From Amoebophrya sp. A120 (Eukaryota; Protista; Dinoflagellata), in the NCBI GenBank assembly GCA_905178155.1, contig CAJINV010000009.1, forward strand, positions 3,094,768 through 3,158,767: DNA of 64,000 nucleotides. The letters are read 5' to 3'. A program made the translations under genes and the position numbers. The number at the start of each line of letters is the position of its first letter. Position 1 is the first letter of the stretch. Under the pieces are notes generated by a model. The model did no database searches. It saw nothing but the letters and a program-made list of their open reading frames with translations, and had not been told where the DNA came from. Shown in pieces: positions 61,001 to 64,000 of the stretch.

Positions 61001-63948
61001 TCACTGCTTCATCTCGGTAGCGACTCTCCTTTTTGTTTAACATAGTGCGCGAACGCGCCTCTAGGGCAAAAGGCCTCGGCGTTGTACGAGTTTCCATAGT
61101 CGCACCAGAAAGTAGACCGAAGCAAGAATCGCTGGCCGGAGGCCAAAAGACCTCCGCGAGCTATTCTTTGTTTCGTTATGGCGAACTATTCCAATCCTCC
61201 TGTAACATCTCCTTCCTGGAAGAAGAAACACTGCGGTTATGCTGCGAAAAAAAGCAAAAACATAGAAGCTTCAAAGAACCTACTACCAACTTGCGTAAAG
61301 CGAAAAGAAAAGAGATTTAATACCGATCAAGGCATTGAAACATCCTCGTAACGAAATCGTGCGGCGAGTCGATATGGTAGTGCGGCATCGATTCGACAGA
61401 AACGCTGCGCTCCGGCAATAATAACCCGTTCGTGACTTCGAATCCCTTGTCCATCAGAATGCAGACCGCCTCGGCACGTTTCCCGTCTCTTTATGCAAAT
61501 GCTGAAGAGTTTTATCTCGCTGCGCACGTTAGCGGCAGGCGTAGAACGCGAAACCGCTTCGATTTCGACATCTAATATTCTTCGTGAGACAACTACAATG
61601 GCTTCGCGTACAGACAAGCACGCACTGCGAAAGAGAAAACCCTTCCTCGACTTCATAAAAGCGATTTCGGCTCCACAATCACGCCGTGGATGTGAGGAAC
61701 CACACATTTTGGGGCACTCGATTCTTGCTCGGCTCCTTCACCTGCAGACGCCTGCTTTTCCTGAGGCGTCGACTGCTCCTGAGCGCCCATCATCAATGTG
61801 TGCGCCACGATCTCACGCGCAGCTCGTCGCGCCAGGTTTTGGGTTAACGCGTCCGTGTCTAAGTTGTTTCCTCCGAACTCCCGCTCGCGGCATTTGCTTA
61901 CATAGCTGTAACTGGCGACGTTGCCAGATTGAGGCCCGGCCCAGTCGGTGAAAACGACGCTCGGGTCCTCGGCATTCATTTCTGTTCCCTTGCGACTCTC
62001 GCCTGGGCCCGGCGACCAGCCGAGGTCCGCAAGCTCGTTGTGGTGCCCGAAGTGCCAAAAACCGTTCCGGTTGTTTAAGTTCTCCTTCATCACCTTCTCC
62101 AGAATCTTGATGCGCGATTTTTCCTCCGTGCCTTCTTTGTATGTTGCAGTGCCCTCTCCGGGGCCTCCCCAAAATGGATCTTCACGCAGGTCTTTCACAA
62201 TAGAGCCGACCTGTTCCCACAGCTCTGCCATGAGACTCGAATCTGGATAAGGTTTGCACCGCATGTCATTCGTCTGAGGTTTGCTCCCTCCAATCTTGAG
62301 CGTTTTGGCCCAGACATGGTCGAAATGGGCAATGCAGTTTGTACCAACCAGGACGTACTCGAGGTGCTCTTGTAGCTTTGGGGCGACCACGCCTTCATTG
62401 GACAGTGGCTTCGCCTCGCCTAGCAGAAGTCTACCCGCAACAGTTGCGAAAGCTGCATGATTGTTCTGTGCAGGCACGTCTTGCAATGTCTCCCCGCGAT
62501 GCAGCTCTAGAATTCGAACTTCACCCGCATGTTCTCCGTAGCTGATCTGACCTTGCTCGAGCGGATGTCCGATTTTCAGAGTGCCCATGATCTCAACACA
62601 GAAGTGCAGGTGTTCCAAAAAGCTATACCCCGTGCCGTGGGTGTGTTGCTGCTTACGAAACTCATTTTCGTCCAATACTCTCTCCGCAGCCGAGCCAAGG
62701 ACAATGTGAAATTGCCAATCCGCGTCGACCTTCTTTTGCGGCACGACAGCGACGATCGGGACAGCGCAGCTAGCCTGCTTCCTTCTCACGACATTCTCCG
62801 CGCCTGCCTGACCTGAATCGGGCGTTTGTGTTAGCATCAGGTGTTTCTGATACTCCTGTAGCAATGCGGTGTAAAAGATTTCTTTCGCAACCTCCCCGAC
62901 GCCTTTCAGATCTTCATGCGGAAGAGTCTGCGTTTCCGAGTTGGGGGTTTTGCAGATTGTTTCACCCCAAGCCGCCTTGACATTGTCACCCAACTTTGGC
63001 GCATGGTGATCGGGCTTCCCAACGTGTTGCGTCTCTTCAACACCAAAAGCCGCTGCGTGGAGGCGGTTCAATTTGTCCAGCAAAGCGCTGTGTGCCTCCG
63101 AATTTCTTTTACTCAAAAAGCAAGCTTCAGGAGACGTAGACCCACGACTTTCTCCTTCTACCGGTGCGACAAGTCGTGCTTCAGCGCTTTGTGCCAACGG
63201 CGGAGCAGACGCCACATTGAGCGCGTGCAGTGCCCCGTACTCTTTCATCTCGCGCTTGTTTTCAGAGCCGGGTTCGACGTGCGGATTAACATGGTCGGCA
63301 GGCTTGGGTGGTTGTAGGTATTTGGTTCCCTTGGCTGCAGCGGCAGCTTGATCTCGACTTTGTGTGGTTGGCGAAGGTACAACTGCGAGGCGGTCGTGCC
63401 TATCTGGAGATGCGATTGGTTTTGCGGGGACGCCGCTTTTCTTCTGCTCCTTGGATGTTGGAGTTGGAGGTTCTGTAACTACAATTTTTGGTACGTCAGC
63501 CTTTTTGGCTTTCCCTTCTTCCTTGGAACTGCCGGAGTGCAGATTCTTATCTGGCTGCGCCGGGGTGCCCTCTGTTCCGCCTATATGCACAAGAAAGAAA
63601 TAAAGCTTCGCTCGCTTCTTTGCTACTTTTATGATTTCCTTTACATACAACTATCTTGCTGCCTGATGCAGCACTGCAGGCTTTCGGTTCGCAGTGTGCA
63701 GTTTCAATATCGCATCGCCTCAGAATAACCGTAGAAGATTCGAATCAAGCGAATCGATCTCTCGAATCCCAGACAAAGCTCACGAACATGTTGCTTTTTG
63801 TGCTTTCATAAGGATCCTGGGCATTTTGATTTTTGTCAGGCTCTGCTTTCTCCAAGAACATCATTGATTCCGACTCGTGTCCATCCGCACATCCGCCAGC
63901 CTCCTCCATGCCCTCCTTCGCACAATTCGTACCGGCCTCCCGGACCAT
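58083..63948 (-). CDS. Large multi-exon protein(s) with degenerate protein-kinase-like (pseudokinase) domains
   Basis: ORF 59219-60946 has LGIILGNVQPDAF...LADFGSAR...TDLYGLAL and LLMEKV...VRHNNLGPDSL...LLNFDHA. Collinear ORFs lie at 61653-63650 and 58083-58637, with a short GT-AG intron at 63581-63648. The joins are not fully resolved. Confidence 0.55.
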
Positions 63949-64000
63949 GCTGTCAGGGTTTATGCATGTCGAAAAAAACTCGAGTCTGAGGTGTGATTTG

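Overview
Eukaryotic nuclear DNA with an 861-nt N gap. The architecture matches the parasitic dinoflagellate Amoebophrya (Syndiniales); this is inferred from the intron type, not from a search. Nearly all genes lie on the minus strand: a GH3 beta-glucosidase fragment, a mitochondrial-type 2Fe-2S ferredoxin-domain protein, a putative secreted protein, a large RS/charged-rich protein, two RRM proteins, UBC2/RAD6, an SH3-like+TPR+RING-H2 protein, a DUF192 protein and a multi-pseudokinase. The genes are interrupted by about 43 MITE-like non-canonical introns (introners), mostly 150-330 bp. These have terminal inverted repeats (TIRs) from at least 8 unrelated families, almost all ending TAT...ATA, and are flanked by 5-bp direct repeats (DRs). 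At the junctions I translated by hand, removing the element plus one DR restores the reading frame. All TIR families share an internal TGTNATGC/GCATNACA octamer, which also survives in GT-AG introns that mostly begin GTAT, suggesting an introner-to-canonical-intron conversion route. Also present: two copies of a non-autonomous Helitron (one nested in an introner), an 8-bp-TSD MITE inside a 93/186-bp satellite, a thrice-repeated ~40-55-bp module bracketing plus-strand ORFs, and a 3-kb block of octamer motifs.
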